This document shows, piece after piece, positions 1-13,367 of a stretch of DNA of 64,000 nt. The stretch spans positions 38,378,001-38,442,000 of the forward strand of contig NC_135671.1 in assembly GCF_964188315.1 (NCBI RefSeq). The letters run 5' to 3'. The first letter of the stretch is position 1. Every line of letters starts with the position of its first letter. This stretch comes from Podarcis muralis (Eukaryota). The notes under the pieces were generated by a model. That model was not told the origin of the DNA, did no database searches, and was given only the letters and a program-made list of their open reading frames with translations. The translations under genes were made by a program, and so were the position numbers.

Positions 1-2197
1 ATGGAGAACTAGCTAAACACGGACCTAGGTAGAAGCTCTGTGAGTGATTCACAGTGAAGAAAGAATCTAGGCAAAGTAAATTTCCAAGAATAGTTTTATG
101 AAACACACACACGTGTCTGTGTTCTCCCCTCCTCCTCCAGTTCTAATCTCCTTAGCAACCTATCCATTTTCATCTTGTGGCGGGGGGGAATGGGGGGGGG
201 GGAGCTAAAACAAAAATGGATTTTCCAGTTTCTATGCTATGAGTGGGTGATTTTCTCTATTAATAATGATCCGTAAGTCTTGGTACATGGTAAGGTTTTT
301 CTGTTCTTACATTAGCCAAGAGGGCTCATGGACACCACTTGATTTAACCCAAGCATTCCTAAAGCTTGCTAAAAGCAAATGGCAGAGATGGTTGATGGGG
401 GAGAGGGAGGAGGGGCGGGGAAGCCAGCAGTGACCCTGCTTTGAGTGCAACATCCTTTGAAAAACTGGTTGTTGGCCAGTGTCCAAGAGAGGAACCTGGT
501 GCTGTGAGCTGCAGAGAGGGTGGCTGCCCCCAAATCCATACCTGAGTAGGCTCCAGCCTCAGAAATAGAAATCAGAGATTGCATACCTGGATTTTGGAAT
601 ATTCACCAAAACCAGTAAGCAGAAGGTACTTCTCTGCCCCTGCCATATATAGTAGAGCTTTCAGTCCATTTAACTACTTTGCATCACCTTGCCTCCCTCC
701 CTGTTCTTGATTACAATTCTTACTGCATTATAGAAAGCCTTATAGAAGTTGTTACCCGCACTTTGACAACCCAAGAGCCATTAATATACCACCCACCATT
801 CAAAAAGCCTTAGCATTAACTGGTGGGCATTGCAGTGTGGTGAGGTTCCACACTGGGTGGTTGTTTCTTCATTTGATATTGGGTCAGAGGCGCCATCTTC
901 TTAACAGGATTGAGGGGGCCCGTGCACGATGCAAGGAGCCAGGGGCCAGAAACTGTCTTGGCCCTTGGAGCTGGTGCTCCTGTGCTGGTGCCTCTCCTCA
1001 CCTGCTCACGCTTACTGGCGCCCAGTTGCCTTTCAGCAGCCTTTTGTGGGCGAGTGCAGAGTTCTGGCTGGCTGGTCGCCTGGCAGCAGCAGCAGCAGCC
1101 CAAAAAAGGCCACAGGGGATCCAGAGCTTCCCAGCCAGCCCCGCCTTGGATGCTCCTTGGAAGGTAGAGCTGCAGGTACGCAGCCCCACCAAGCCCCACT
1201 GCACCTCACGTACATCCCCATTCAAATGGGCTCTGCTCCAGTCCTCCCCATCTGTGCTCCTGTGCTTGTGGAACTCCCAGGAAAAGTGTCCTTGCAGTGC
1301 TACAAGGAGCATGGGGGAGAGCTGAATGCCCTGGGGATATGGGGGGGGGGCTCTGGTCCCTCAAAAATACTGGGGAGGGGCAGAAACTGCCTTGTCTCTT
1401 AGGAGTTGGCACACCTGTATTGGGTGGTGCTACTTTTTACTTAATCCTGCTGCCAGGAACACTCTGGTTAGGGGAATGGCAAGAAAACAGTCCCTAAAAT
1501 GAAGGTAGCAAATAGGGGTGCTGGGCAGAGGTAGCCTTAGTTCATATTGTTCCATAGCTAAGCAACTGGTGGGTTTGTATCCATTGCCAAACTCTGCACA
1601 GATTACATAAAGGAAATCACTATATATTTCACGCATATGCACTTTCTAAATAATTCATCCTGCTTCCAAAAAGAGTGATGGAAAGCTTGTGGAGTCTGGG
1701 TGAAACTGATCAACAAGAGCAGAAAATAATCACGGTTGTGGGAGAAAGATAATATTGTTTTTTAGGATACATTTTCAAGCTGCTCCTGGAAATCCTGAGG
1801 GCTAGGAGGTTAAGGACTCTACTGATACAAAGGCTGGCACCAACCCAATCATAATTTTAGCAGGTTTGAAGGAGTCCCTGCCCTAGCGATTGCCTCCCCT
1901 CATTATGATTAAAATTGTAGAAAGGGTGCAAAGGCAAGCAGTTGTGTTGTATGGCAAATGCTTCCATCTGATTATTCCTGAAGCAAAGAGTGAAGGGCTG
2001 TTGGGAACTTTCCCCTAGGAAGTTTGTTCATTCCCAAAGGGCATTGTAGCATCAACCTCTCTTGACTCCCCTTGATGGCAATTCTCCCTCCTCAAATTAC
2101 TCACTGTCCGCCTACACATCATCCCAACTGTCTCTTCCCTCGCACAGGGAACACACACACAATGCAGACTAAGCCTGCAGTCCTCACATACACTTAC

Positions 2198-2320
2198 CTG
2201 GCAGCCAGCCCTGTGGAACTGAAGGCGAGTACACCCTCGCAGCCATACACACACCGCCATTTTCATTTTCATCCCACTAGTACATTTACCCCACAGATGT
2301 AAACAGCCGCAGCACTCGCC
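2198..2320 (-). other. Candidate orphan internal exon (123 nt) of an unidentified minus-strand transcript
   Basis: The minus strand reads tgtttgttccctccacAG|GGCGAG...GCTGCCAG|GTAAGT: a good polypyrimidine acceptor and a perfect donor. One frame is open. No homology recognised. Confidence 0.35.
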
Positions 2321-2861
2321 CTGTGGAGGGAACAAACACACGCAAAAAGGAATGCTGCCTGCTCCCTCCCACACACGCACACTTCAAAACACAACTGCAA
2401 GCGTGAACACAAACATCCTCTTTTCTCTCTCATGCAAATAAAGGCATCCATTCATCCCACTTGTGAAGCCCAATCATACCACTCATGGACTGGAGAGCCG
2501 TTTCTTTGGCCAATATGTGGAATGAATCTAGGCCCTCCCACCGTCTCTGAATGAGCTGGATTGGCTAGCACACTCTGGCCTGAGACCGATTCTACTTCCC
2601 CTCTCATCAAGGCAGGGCTATGGGATTCCTCGTATTTGTATTTGTTTTCATTTCTAAAATTTATGAGTGGCTTCTTTGCCAGGCACTTCAGGTGATGTGG
2701 GGCTGTTTAAAACCAACACACAGAGCGGATTTGCACACAATGCTAAGCCAAGCCATGATTTGCTTGTAGGTGGACATCATTAATATCCTTTGGTGCCAGC
2801 CAGGTTGAACTTTTTTCCCAGGCTTTTGGCGGATTATGACAAGGTGGTTGATGACCTGTTG

Positions 2862-3362
2862 CAGTGGTTTTCAACCAGTGTGCCGTGGCACCCTGGGGTG
2901 CCTTGAATGATGGTCAGGGGTGCCGCGGGCAACACTGGCCTTTGTCCCGCTTTCCTTCCTTCCCTCCTCTGATGCCCTCTCATGTCTCTGCCTCCCCAAG
3001 GCTTGCACAGCTGTTCGGTGCAGCAGCCCTGGCTACAAGCCCCGCAGGCAAATGGTGTGTCTGGGGCTGGCCAGGGGGAGCTTCCCAGGCCCCTGTGGGG
3101 CAGTGTGAGGAGGCACCTCTATTTGGGGTGGGGGGGGCAGCTCAGAGACCAGGGGCGGCTGCAGTGGCTGCCCAGAGGATGCCCAAGGAGAGGGAAGAGG
3201 AGAAGAGGCTGAGGGAACCCTCCACAGGGGAGAGTGTTCGAAAAGGGGTGAGGGGCTGCTATCTCTGCAGGCAAGAGGTTACATAACTGGGCTCCTGAGC
3301 CCCACAGGGGTGCCGCAGAAAGTGTGTAGTTGGTCAAGGGAGCCATGGACTCAAAAAGGTTC
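2862..3362. mobile_element. Degenerate hAT-like non-autonomous element
   Basis: Starts with a CAGTGGTTTTCAACC-type terminus and internal ggggtgcc repeats. The right end (gggagccatggactcaaaaaggtt) is degraded and no TSD was found. Confidence 0.4.
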
Positions 3363-4189
3363 AATGTGCCTATTGAATGAAATGTCCTTGCTTTTTCTGC
3401 AGGGTTTGTTTATGGGGTATTGGAATGGTTTTATTGTTTTATATGGTGTACTTTTTTGGTCTGTCACCTTTCTGTAAGTGACTTAGAGACCTTTTGGGAG
3501 AGGGGGGAATACCGGTAAGTCAAAATAATGGAAATGGTGATGTGTGCTCATTTCCCCCCACTAGTGGGACAAGCATCAGCTAGGTAGAGGACTGAATGCA
3601 ATTGAGATTAGGAGAATAGCAGAGGGGAAAGGGTTAAGCACCCTTACCTCACCCTGCTCCAGCCTAGATCCTCACTCCCTATCTGCTTTAAGTGTAAATA
3701 AATCCATACTGTTTGGATGCAGTACTAAGCCTTAACCATGGTAGTATCTGCAGCTTAAGGGCTCCCACTTGGTCCCTTTCTTCCTCCAGTAAGGAATCAA
3801 CCATGCAGGAGTTGGCTTAGTGCTATGCCCAAACTACTGATCATGGTTTGTTTTGCTTCAAGAGAAACAAGCCATAAGCTTTGTTCAGGCGAAACATTAA
3901 AACCAGACATACATCTGATCCAGGATGTAAATTAAGTATAGGAGGCATATTATGGATGCCATGTGTGGCAAAGCTAGGCCTCTCACACATTCCAATATTT
4001 CAGATAATTAGTTTTAGATTTGTTTCTGTTTGTGTTCACACCAGGAGTGCTGACCAGGTGTGTGCTCAATGTGTGTGTATGTATGTATGTATGTATGTGT
4101 GTATATATGTGCCTTACTGGCAGCACAATCCTAAACATGTCTACTCTGAGTAAGTCCCATTGAATTAAAGCCTAATATTATGAAATATA

Positions 4190-4385
4190 ATAAAAAAAAT
4201 TCCTTCCAGTAGCACCTTAGAGACCAACTAAGTTTGTTATTGGTATGAACTTTCGTGTGGTGTGCATGCACACAAAAGCTCATACCAATAACAAACTTAG
4301 TTGGTCTCTAAGGTGCTACTGGAAGGAATTTTTTTATTTTGTTTCGACTACGGCAGACCAACAGGGCTACCTACCTGTAACTAGA
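4190..4385 (+). mobile_element. Penelope-like element 3' remnant with inverted (fold-back) 5' arm
   Basis: Near-perfect inverted repeat of ~70 bp (4190-4259 vs 4269-4337), central palindrome gtgtgcatgcacac, and a 13-bp TSD attatgaaatata (4177-4189, 4386-4398). It resembles the squamate PLE pLTR terminus as I recall it. Confidence 0.7.
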
Positions 4386-5437
4386 ATTATGAAATATATG
4401 CTTTTAAAAATGTGTATATCACAAAATTTGCACAAATATGTGTATATTACGTGGAAATGTGCACCAAAATGCTGAGGAATTCTCATGAGGACTTTTTTTT
4501 CAAAAGAACTCACAAACTGGTGTGAAAATGACCTGTGAACCAAACTTTAGATTGGAGAAATAGGAAATCGAGAGAAATTGAAATGAACTTATTTGCTGAG
4601 CCCTAGTGCTCACAGCAATACAGGAACAACCTACAGAACAAGAGAACAACCCGCATAACATCTTTATTAATGCCCTGTTTCCTTTTCTCTTTTACTTCCA
4701 AGATGCAGCAATAACTTATGAAATGTAGTGTGAAGGCCAAGGACTTAAGACAGTTTTAAAAGGGGATTATACAGATTCATGGAAGAAAAGGCTGTCAATG
4801 GCTCGTCATCACGATTGCTATGTATTTCAGCCAGAATCAGAGGCGGCATCTCTAAACACCTGTCTCTAAGGAACCACAGAAGGAGAAGGAGGGCGCTGCC
4901 CTCATGTCCCTTAGGCATCTGGCTGACCACTCAAGGAAACTGGATGCTGGACGAGGTAGGAAGTTGATCTGATCCAGCAGAGTTCTTATTAGGTCTGCAA
5001 CTCAACACAAACACCTTGTTGATGGTCAGTGGGCCAGCCATGACTCCCTGCTCCCCGCAGCTTTTACTTAGCTGAAATGCTGCTGGCCTCTTGAGTGTAT
5101 CTCTCAGATGGCACCATCTCTTTTGAAAGAGAGAGACATGCCAGGAGCACATCATCAGTCAGGCTCACACACAAAGGAGCAGAGAGACGGCAAGAATCAT
5201 CCTGACAAACAAAGGGCTAGTTTCACAGGCCAGCGATCAGCCCTTAAAAGCCTCCCTCCCCTCCCCACTCTAATGGAAGAAGTAGTGAGTATAAACAGAT
5301 GATCTCATCCCTTGGCTGGTTCATTCTGTTTCTCCATTACCCACTCAAGAGATGCCAGTGTGTGATTCCCGTACTCTCGGCAAAGCTGAGCCAGAGCAGA
5401 AAAGAAAGCACAATTTATGATATGTGTCAGAGAAGTC

Positions 5438-5581
5438 NNNNNNNNNNNNNNNNNNNNNNNNNNNNNNNNNNNNNNNNNNNNNNNNNNNNNNNNNNNNNNN
5501 NNNNNNNNNNNNNNNNNNNNNNNNNNNNNNNNNNNNNNNNNNNNNNNNNNNNNNNNNNNNNNNNNNNNNNNNNNNNNNNNN
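5438..5581. other. Assembly gap (144 N)
   Basis: Run of N in the sequence. Confidence 1.
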
Positions 5582-8500
5582 AATGCTTCCCAGACTTCTG
5601 ATATAAAAAGCACCTTTATTTTCTTCCTCAATTAAAATTGGAGTAGCACTTCTCTCTTACATACTCCTGGGAAGGATTACTTTTAACAGGTGAAAGACAG
5701 GCAGGCATTATGGAACAGGATGCAGAAACTGGTGGTTGTTTCTTTAAACAAACCTCAGCTGCGTTCTAATAAAGCACCTGTATTTGGGACACAAATGTTT
5801 AACCCGGCCTTTGCCAGACTGGTGCCCTCCATCCAGATGTTTTGGACTAGAGTTCCCATCAGCCCCAGGCTGATGAAGGCTGGGATAGTCATTTCTTCTA
5901 CTGCACTTTGCAATGCATGTCTATCACTGGTCTGGTTCTCTCTGCACATGCACAGAGGGAGGGGTGGACTAAGGCTCTGTCCACACAACAGCCTGTTGAA
6001 GGGACCCTGATTGCATAGGCTCCTGAAGATGCTTAGGGAGTCAGGGCAGCAACCTTCTGGCCTGAAGATGCTTTGCTGCTTCTGTCCATGGCCTCTTGCC
6101 TGATGTGTTCACTGCACTCTTGGGCTGGTGAAGAAGTCTGGGAGGCCCTGAATTCCTAGGGCCCGAAGGAAGGTGCCTGTGAAGGTCCTGGCTCTGATTT
6201 TATGGGCCGTGGTCCTGTGGGAGCCAGTTTAGTCTGCACCAGCCTGCCAGCATCATGTTCTCTGAGTCCCTGACCAGCACCATCAGGCCCAGAGCCAGGA
6301 ACCTGGTCCCCCTCCTCAGCTTGTGGCACCATGGCTTCCGACTTGGAATCTTGGTTCCTGCTGGACCATCAGGCCCTGCACAAAGAACTGGGATGGGCAG
6401 AGGACAGCTCTGTTCAAGTCTGGTTTAATGATACAGGACCACAAGGAAGGAGAACAGGAGCGGCTCATCAACAGTTAGCGTGGATAGTTGACTCAGCAGG
6501 CCGACAGATCACTTAATCACAGACTTCCTCACTTTGGTGAGTTGTAACAATTTCTAAAATGGCACCTAGGCATATAAATTAGCATAGGTTAATAAATATG
6601 TGTTGCCCTTCAAAGTGTGTGCGCGCTGCATTTCCTTTTCTTTTTTGGATGATGCAGAAGTGGCCACCCCAAGATCGAAAATGTTGTGGGAAAGGGGACA
6701 ATTTGACAACTCTTCCTGGGCTCAGATAGTTCAGTTGGGCTGGAGGAACAGATAATTCTATCCATTGATTTTTAAATAAGGTTTAGCTCCCATCATAGAA
6801 TAGCAATGACATCATCTTAAATTCAGGGTTGCATGAGTCATTCAAGAGACTATACCAAGGTGAAGAAAAGAAAGATAACATGACATAATACGGTCTGTGG
6901 AGAGACAATGGATTCAACCTGCTGTGTGTTTTTCAGTCTCAGCATCCCTCGATACAACCTGAAAACCTACGTCCAGGAGAATCTTATCCAATTCAGGGCA
7001 TTCCCATTCTGTTTTTAGGTGGGTTTCAATCACATGCCAGCAAATTCAGGTTGCACAGTTATGATTGATTTCAAACTCTTGCCCAATAACCCCTCTCCCA
7101 AAGTGGGCTTTTTGCAATCTGGGAAGTGACAGAATAAGTGTAGGATAACATTTGCTTGATGTGGCATTGTCTAACCTCCCTGCAAACAAACCAGAATGAA
7201 TGTTCATCTGGAAGTGACAAAGCTTTTCATCTGTTTCTCAGAGGGCACTTCAGACTGCTGCTATTTTCAGGTGGGATTCAGTCACATAGTCATAGTATGA
7301 CTTTGCTTACATTGCATTCTGTAATTTCTAATGGGCAAGCGGGTGGTGCAGCGGAATTACAGGAGCAGTGCCCTTAAGCACATAGCCACAGGCCCACACC
7401 CAGCCATGCTGCTCCTGCTGTCTGGTGACGGGGGTGGAATCAGTGCCGTGGGGATGGTACCTGGAAGAGGAGGGAGCTGTTGAGGAGGAAAGGTGGGCCT
7501 CAGAGCCATGCTAGCCACAAACAGGCCCTCATCCCTGGCATGTTGGTGGTTACGGGGAGCTGCCAGTGCTTTGACTCCTTCCCACGAGTCTCCCTGCCCT
7601 CAAGCCAAGGGTCATTGTCACAGATGCTTTGTCAGGATGCAATGATTTTAGCTTCGTATACTTGATTTTATAGTTTATACACTTAGCTGGAGTGCAGCCA
7701 TCTTGGCTCTTGAGAGAACCTGTATGAATGTGGAGGTGGAACTGTCCATCTTATTTAAGATGATGGTGCTGATGGTGCCATCGTTGTGGCTGGTGCTTCT
7801 TCCCGCTGGCACTACAAGCTATGCTATCCTTGCACAGCCCAAATCTCTTCCCGCCCCCCTCCCAGCTGTCTGGCTTTGCTGCCTCCTTTCTCAGCCCTGT
7901 TTCTGCTGGAGCCTGTGACCGCTGAAAGAGATTTGACACTGAGTGAGGCTGCTATAAATAGAAAAAGGAGAAAAATCAATAACTAAGAGGCCAGACATAA
8001 TGCAATTGTAAACCACACTGTATCCCATCCCATAGTGCTTGCTCCCCCCCCCCCCCCGGTGTCTTGGCTACCTTGCTTATATTCCTCCCCCCTGCTCCCA
8101 ATTGACATTTTAACCAAGATGGTGCTCTTCTTGAATATAGAGTATTTTCAGTGACAGGAAATGTACTTAAGAACAGCTCAACGTAGTTCCCTCCCCCCCC
8201 CCCTTTAATTCTATATGCACAACAGTTTCTAATTTCATATTTGGAAAAGTTCTCTTTCTGTTCTCATTCTCACATAGCATGTCCCCAAATAACCTCCAAA
8301 CATGGGATAGGCAGGGATTTTCATTTAAAAGTCTCAGTATGGTACTTCTGAATCACAGATTATTAAATTTATTTTTCCTGGCAAGGGAAAGTCAATTCAT
8401 AGTTGAAAGCCTTTGAGGCTGGAAATATTACATATCATAATGGCTGTGTAGACTCCTGTCCAGTTTTCAAAGTGCTGAGATGTCCTGGCCCTGCAGTCCA

Positions 8501-9061
8501 TTCACCCAGGTCTGGTTTCCTTGGGAAAGAGGTCACTGTACCAGAAGCGGTTTGAGAATTGTGCGACCAGTTTGGCCACACTGGGTGCTGTGCTGCAGGG
8601 GGCGCCACTACAGCGCTGCACAGTGGAGCATGAGAGGCAAAGTCTGCCACTGGCTGGACAATTACTGACATTCTGTGGTATATGGTTTGTGTATGCATAC
8701 ATTCACATACAGGTTGAGCAGATCTCCAAGCCATGCAAAAAAGGAAAGGAAAGAAAAGGTCAAGCACATGTGAATCAGCATCCTATTGCAGAGCCCACTG
8801 CATTATTCAGTTGTTCTGTTGTGAAATAAAGATAGTACAGTCTCTAAAAGGCTGCACTTATACCCATTTACCCACTCTGAAGTAAGCCACATTGAACTCA
8901 AATGTGCATAAGATGTTCCTGTAAGACCTCTGGTCAGCAACTAATTTTCCTGAAGGGTCATTTAGAAGGAGGGGGGCCACAGGCCAACACATCTGTCCTC
9001 TTCAGTGGCCTGTCAGAAAAGCTCCATTGCAAAGGAAGCCAATTTCTCCACACCTCTTTCT

Positions 9062-9113
9062 CTTAGCTAGGAACATCTCTCAGATTTCCTTAGCTAGGAA
9101 CATCTCTCAGATT
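9062..9113. repeat. Tandem duplication of a 25-bp unit (period 27)
   Basis: cttagctaggaacatctctcagatt at 9062-9086 and 9089-9113. Confidence 0.9.
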
Positions 9114-11599
9114 CAGCACCTCCAATAGTTGACCTCTATTCTAAACCATTTGGACTTGTATATTTGGATGGGCAGCTACTTGCAAGGTCCACCCAAGACA
9201 TTGTGCTGCCTGAGGGGAAAGACAAGGTGATAGCTCCTCCCCATTCCAGACATAGAAGATGACTGCGTGGGTGGTTGAATCTTGCTTCAACACTGGTGAC
9301 TAGGCTGATGCCCTCCCAAGCACACAAGGGCAGCAGGCTAGCTTAGAAGTCACAGGGTAGCCTGTGGCCCTCCACGCCTCTCTGTTTGGCCCTTGTAAGT
9401 GTCACCAGGCCACACTTCCCACTTGCCTTGCTTCACAGCCCAAATATGTTGGTCTGACCAGAATGTATCCTTGCTTATTTGGATAAAGAAATGGATAGGA
9501 GTATGTGAGGGCGGCTGTGTACACATTCCTGTTTACTCTGCGTCCAGCGCGCTCCCACTGCTGCCTTGTGAGGCTGCAGACACACAGCGTTAGCCGCAAT
9601 ACATGTCTATTTTGCAGTTCCCACCAAACCAGGTCTAATCTGATTTGAAACTGTAAGTCAAATGGACACCTGCTTCCCCTCTCTACCCACTGGTGTGGTC
9701 AGACTGTGGGCAACTTGGAAATATAGCCAACTATAAATGCTGCCCAAGGTGCTTTTCTCACTGTGCCTAATGGTAGGGATGGCCCTGCCTGGGTCAGGCA
9801 AGGAGGGCTCATCCATGGCCACCTGGACTGCTGTTTGACCCTGTTAAATTTGGACAAATGATCCTGAGATGGATAGGAGGAGTATGTGGTAGTCTGAAAA
9901 TGTTTCTGCTTCCTCGCCTTCTCTTCCCCATGACCTGCAATGTCTTCTCTCTCCCTCCCCCCCAAACCCAATTTGCAGTTAGCATTCTGCCCGCTTCCCT
10001 GATGATCAGCGGTGACTTCAAGGAGATGTGATACCTGAGACTTTTAAAAGGCTCGCTACTTGACATACTCCTAATGGGTCTGATTGATTCTCAGGCTGTT
10101 CCCTGCCCACCCCACCCCCATGGAGGCTGCTGGAAATCAGCATAGATCCTAGCTAAACAGTAGCAAATAATAAGTTGTTCTCTCCATGTTCCCCCAGCCC
10201 AGGGAAAAAAAGTTTCTAGTCACAAACTGATGGCTCACATGTGAATGGAAACCACGGGAAGTGGGGGGAGACTGTTTTAGCTTACCTCCCTATGGTGGTG
10301 GTTGTTGTGTGCGCGCATACACACATAGGCGCTGTGGTTCTTCAGACAGTGCATTACTTTGTGGCAAATGTAGCACATCAGAAAAAAGAGCTTGGTAGCT
10401 TTAGCTGCAACGGCCAGATGGAATGAAGGTTGGGAATCATGAATGCAGAGTGAGTCTCACCAGGCTTAATACGTCTAGAACGGCTGCCGCCTACATCTCC
10501 TCTTACTGCTTCAGCTCTAGATGCCTTTTTGCATTTATAGGCAGCTTCCGCAACAACATGGAAGCGACCTTCTAGAGAACAAACACTAACAAGCTTTGGG
10601 ATGCTACAGTGTTCTACCTCGTGCCAAACAGCTCCATGCACCTCAAAAGCTTTCTTTCTTTGATCAACCCAACATGGCTGACCATCCAAGGAGCTGTGAC
10701 GCCACATGTGAGAGGGGCTGGATCCATGGGAAAAGTGAGGGGATGCCTCACCAGCCTCTGTCCACATGCCCCTTTTGCAAGCCCACCAACCTCTGCTTTA
10801 CATGGGTTTCTCCCTCTGAATCTGCTCCACACTTGAACTGGGATAATTCTTCTTGCTTGCCTCAGAAAGAGGCACATGCAGCAGACACTCTGGCTTCCAT
10901 GGGGTTGAAATGGAACCTGCAGTACGAAGGTGAGAGTCCCATCCATTGCTGCGGCTGCTCTTCTCTTTGGCCTTGGCTGCTATGGCAGTGTGGACCTCGG
11001 ATGTGGCCTTTGGGCTGAAAAAGTTTCCTCACACTTGATGTAAAGATGCAGTTCTGACACCGGCTGCTTTCTTCAGTAGCACACGACTCAATGGCCCTGC
11101 AGGAAAGGTGATATAAAAATGTAATAAGAAAACCTTAGAACTAGAAACCAGCCTTACAAGGTGCTTTCCTCGGGTCTCTTTGCAAAGCTTTGCAGTTATT
11201 AATCTATTCCAGAGGCCAGAGGTGGGGAAGATCTGGCCCACAGGCCAGTTTTGACCCTCTAGGCCTCCCCATTTGACTTGTAAGGTTGTTTCCCCTGCAG
11301 GCCCTGCCCTTGATGTCAAAGTGATGTCAGGCATGGGTCTGGATCAGCTGCACCCCGTGGAAAGCAGGATTGACCTTCCTGCGCACCAGCTGAGGGGCAG
11401 GGAGTTCAGTCTTGCTTTGTTCAGGTGCATGAGCAAGTTCCCTGTGGGAACTCAGATGATGTCAGATGACTGAGAGGTGGGGTGGTTCTGCCTATCTGTC
11501 AAAGTTGGCTCACAGTGTAGGGGTTGATGAAGATCTGGCCCACTGGGCCAAAAAGGTTCCTCTTCAGTCAGCCATGCTCTTTTTGGGGGGAGGGAAATA

Positions 11600-11961
11600 A
11601 AAGGTAAAGGACCCCTGACAGTTAAGTCCAGTCACGAATGACTCTGGGGTTGCGGTGATCATCTCGCTTTACTGGCCAAGGGAGCCGACGTTTGTCCCCA
11701 GACAGTTTTTCCAGGTCATGTGGCCAGCATGACTAAGCCTCTTCTGGCGAACCAGAGCAGCGCATGGAAACGCCAATTATCTTTCCTCCGGAGCTGTATG
11801 TATTTATCTACTTGCACTTTGACGTGCTTTTGAACTGCTAGGTTGGCAGGAGCTGGGACAGAGCAACGGAAGCTCACCCCGTCGCGGGGATTCAAACCAC
11901 CGACCTTCTGATCGGCAAGCCCTATGCCTAGTGGTTTAGACCACAGCGCCACCTGCATCCC
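11600..11961 (-). mobile_element. Sauria SINE, full length
   Basis: The reverse complement has a tRNA-derived head with A/B boxes, the Sauria body and an (ACCTTT)n tail. Highly similar to the copies at 19490, 21029 and 28947. Confidence 0.93.
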
Positions 11962-13336
11962 TTTGGGGAAATACTGTACTCCATTCCATTTCCCCCACAG
12001 CAGTCATTCAACATTCTGTGACCACTAAGAATGCTCAGTCTTTGTTTTTTGGATCATTTTCTAAATATTTTGTTTCTATTTCCAGGAACTGTGGGTTTTG
12101 CATGGATGGTGCCCCTTTGACTATATGAGCATTGGCACTGAAATGATGAATTTGTGTGCACGCTCTCTCTCTCTCTCTAATAACATTATTGATACTTCCC
12201 ACCATCAGAGGGAAGGGGGCTGCCTTCGTCAGTAGCATGTGGCTCTGTTCCCCTCAATGAGTCACACAGATAATCTAGTAAAACAAATTCCTTGATCTGG
12301 AAATACATCTCTGCCGTAGAGTTAAAAGCTGAACCCCAGCTTTCTATTTTCAGCCTTTATTTAATTTAGAATAGTTTTGTTGCCACTTTATAATCCTGAG
12401 GGTCTCTCAAACTGCAAAAAAATCTCAATAAAAATCACATCCAGGTCTGGTATCAGGGACATTAATGCCAGAGTGTCTCTGTGGTGCCAGGATTAGTCAG
12501 CAAGCATTTCCTGCCTTGGTCTTCCTTTTGGCTGCCATGTGGCTTCTGCCTAGTGGGTAGCAGAGCCTCCTTCTAGGCACAGGACTGGTGCTGGACAGCT
12601 GGACCTTGCTCAGCTCATGATGGAGGTGCATCTTCCCTTTCTGGCAGTTGCCAGGCAACAGCTCCCTCTGAGGCAAGAGAGTAGGGTTGAGCATCTGGAA
12701 CAATGTGGGAACCTCTGTTCAAAGGCAGCACTTAGGAAATTCATTACCACGTATGCCATGGCAGCTCCCATTGCCACAACCTCAAGGAAAGTCCAAAATC
12801 CAGGGAGCTGTGTTGATCCAGGAGACATGAATTTACATCCCTGATCATCCATGAGGCACAACTGTGGTTCTGTGCATAATTTCCAGGCAGTGAACTGCAT
12901 TGAACTCAGTAGTGCTTACTTCTGACTGCATAGGTTCAACTTGCAAATCACACTGAACTTTAAGGCAAGACCTGGGAACACCTTCAGCCAACTGATACAC
13001 AACATGTAGCTTAGAAAAGCAAACAACTCTGCAAAGTGGTGTTATCATTTTAAATTGCGGGCATGAAGTAGGAACCCCAACAAAAGAAAGCCGTCTCCAG
13101 CCTCGCCTTGTTTATTCCCCATCCTTCTCCGACTTCCTTTATGTAATTTGCAAGAAACTTGAAATCTTCTTTACCACCTCATTCCATTGTCAAAGCAATG
13201 AAGGTTCATTAGCTACCCCCTGGTAAACAGATTTGGCAGATTTGATCTTGTTTCAAAAGCATGCAAAACTTGTTTGACCAGGGACTTGTTGTTGTTGGCA
13301 TCCGCCTGCCTTAAGAGACAATGGAGTACACCTCGG

Positions 13337-13367
13337 GTGTGTGTGTGTGTGTGTGTGTGGGTGTGTG
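13337..13367. repeat. (GT)n microsatellite
   Basis: Direct observation. Confidence 0.95.

Noticed and set aside
369-1500. Cluster of 100-160 aa ORFs; possible DUSP9 exons
   Set aside because: No rhodanese or phosphatase motifs in any frame. GC-rich chance ORFs.
5400-5630. Weak inverted similarity across the N gap
   Set aside because: Too short and degenerate, and the intervening sequence is missing.
5872-5900. CTGATGA hammerhead-like core
   Set aside because: No helix II/GAAA or cleavage triplet follows; it lies within a degraded hAT MITE fragment.
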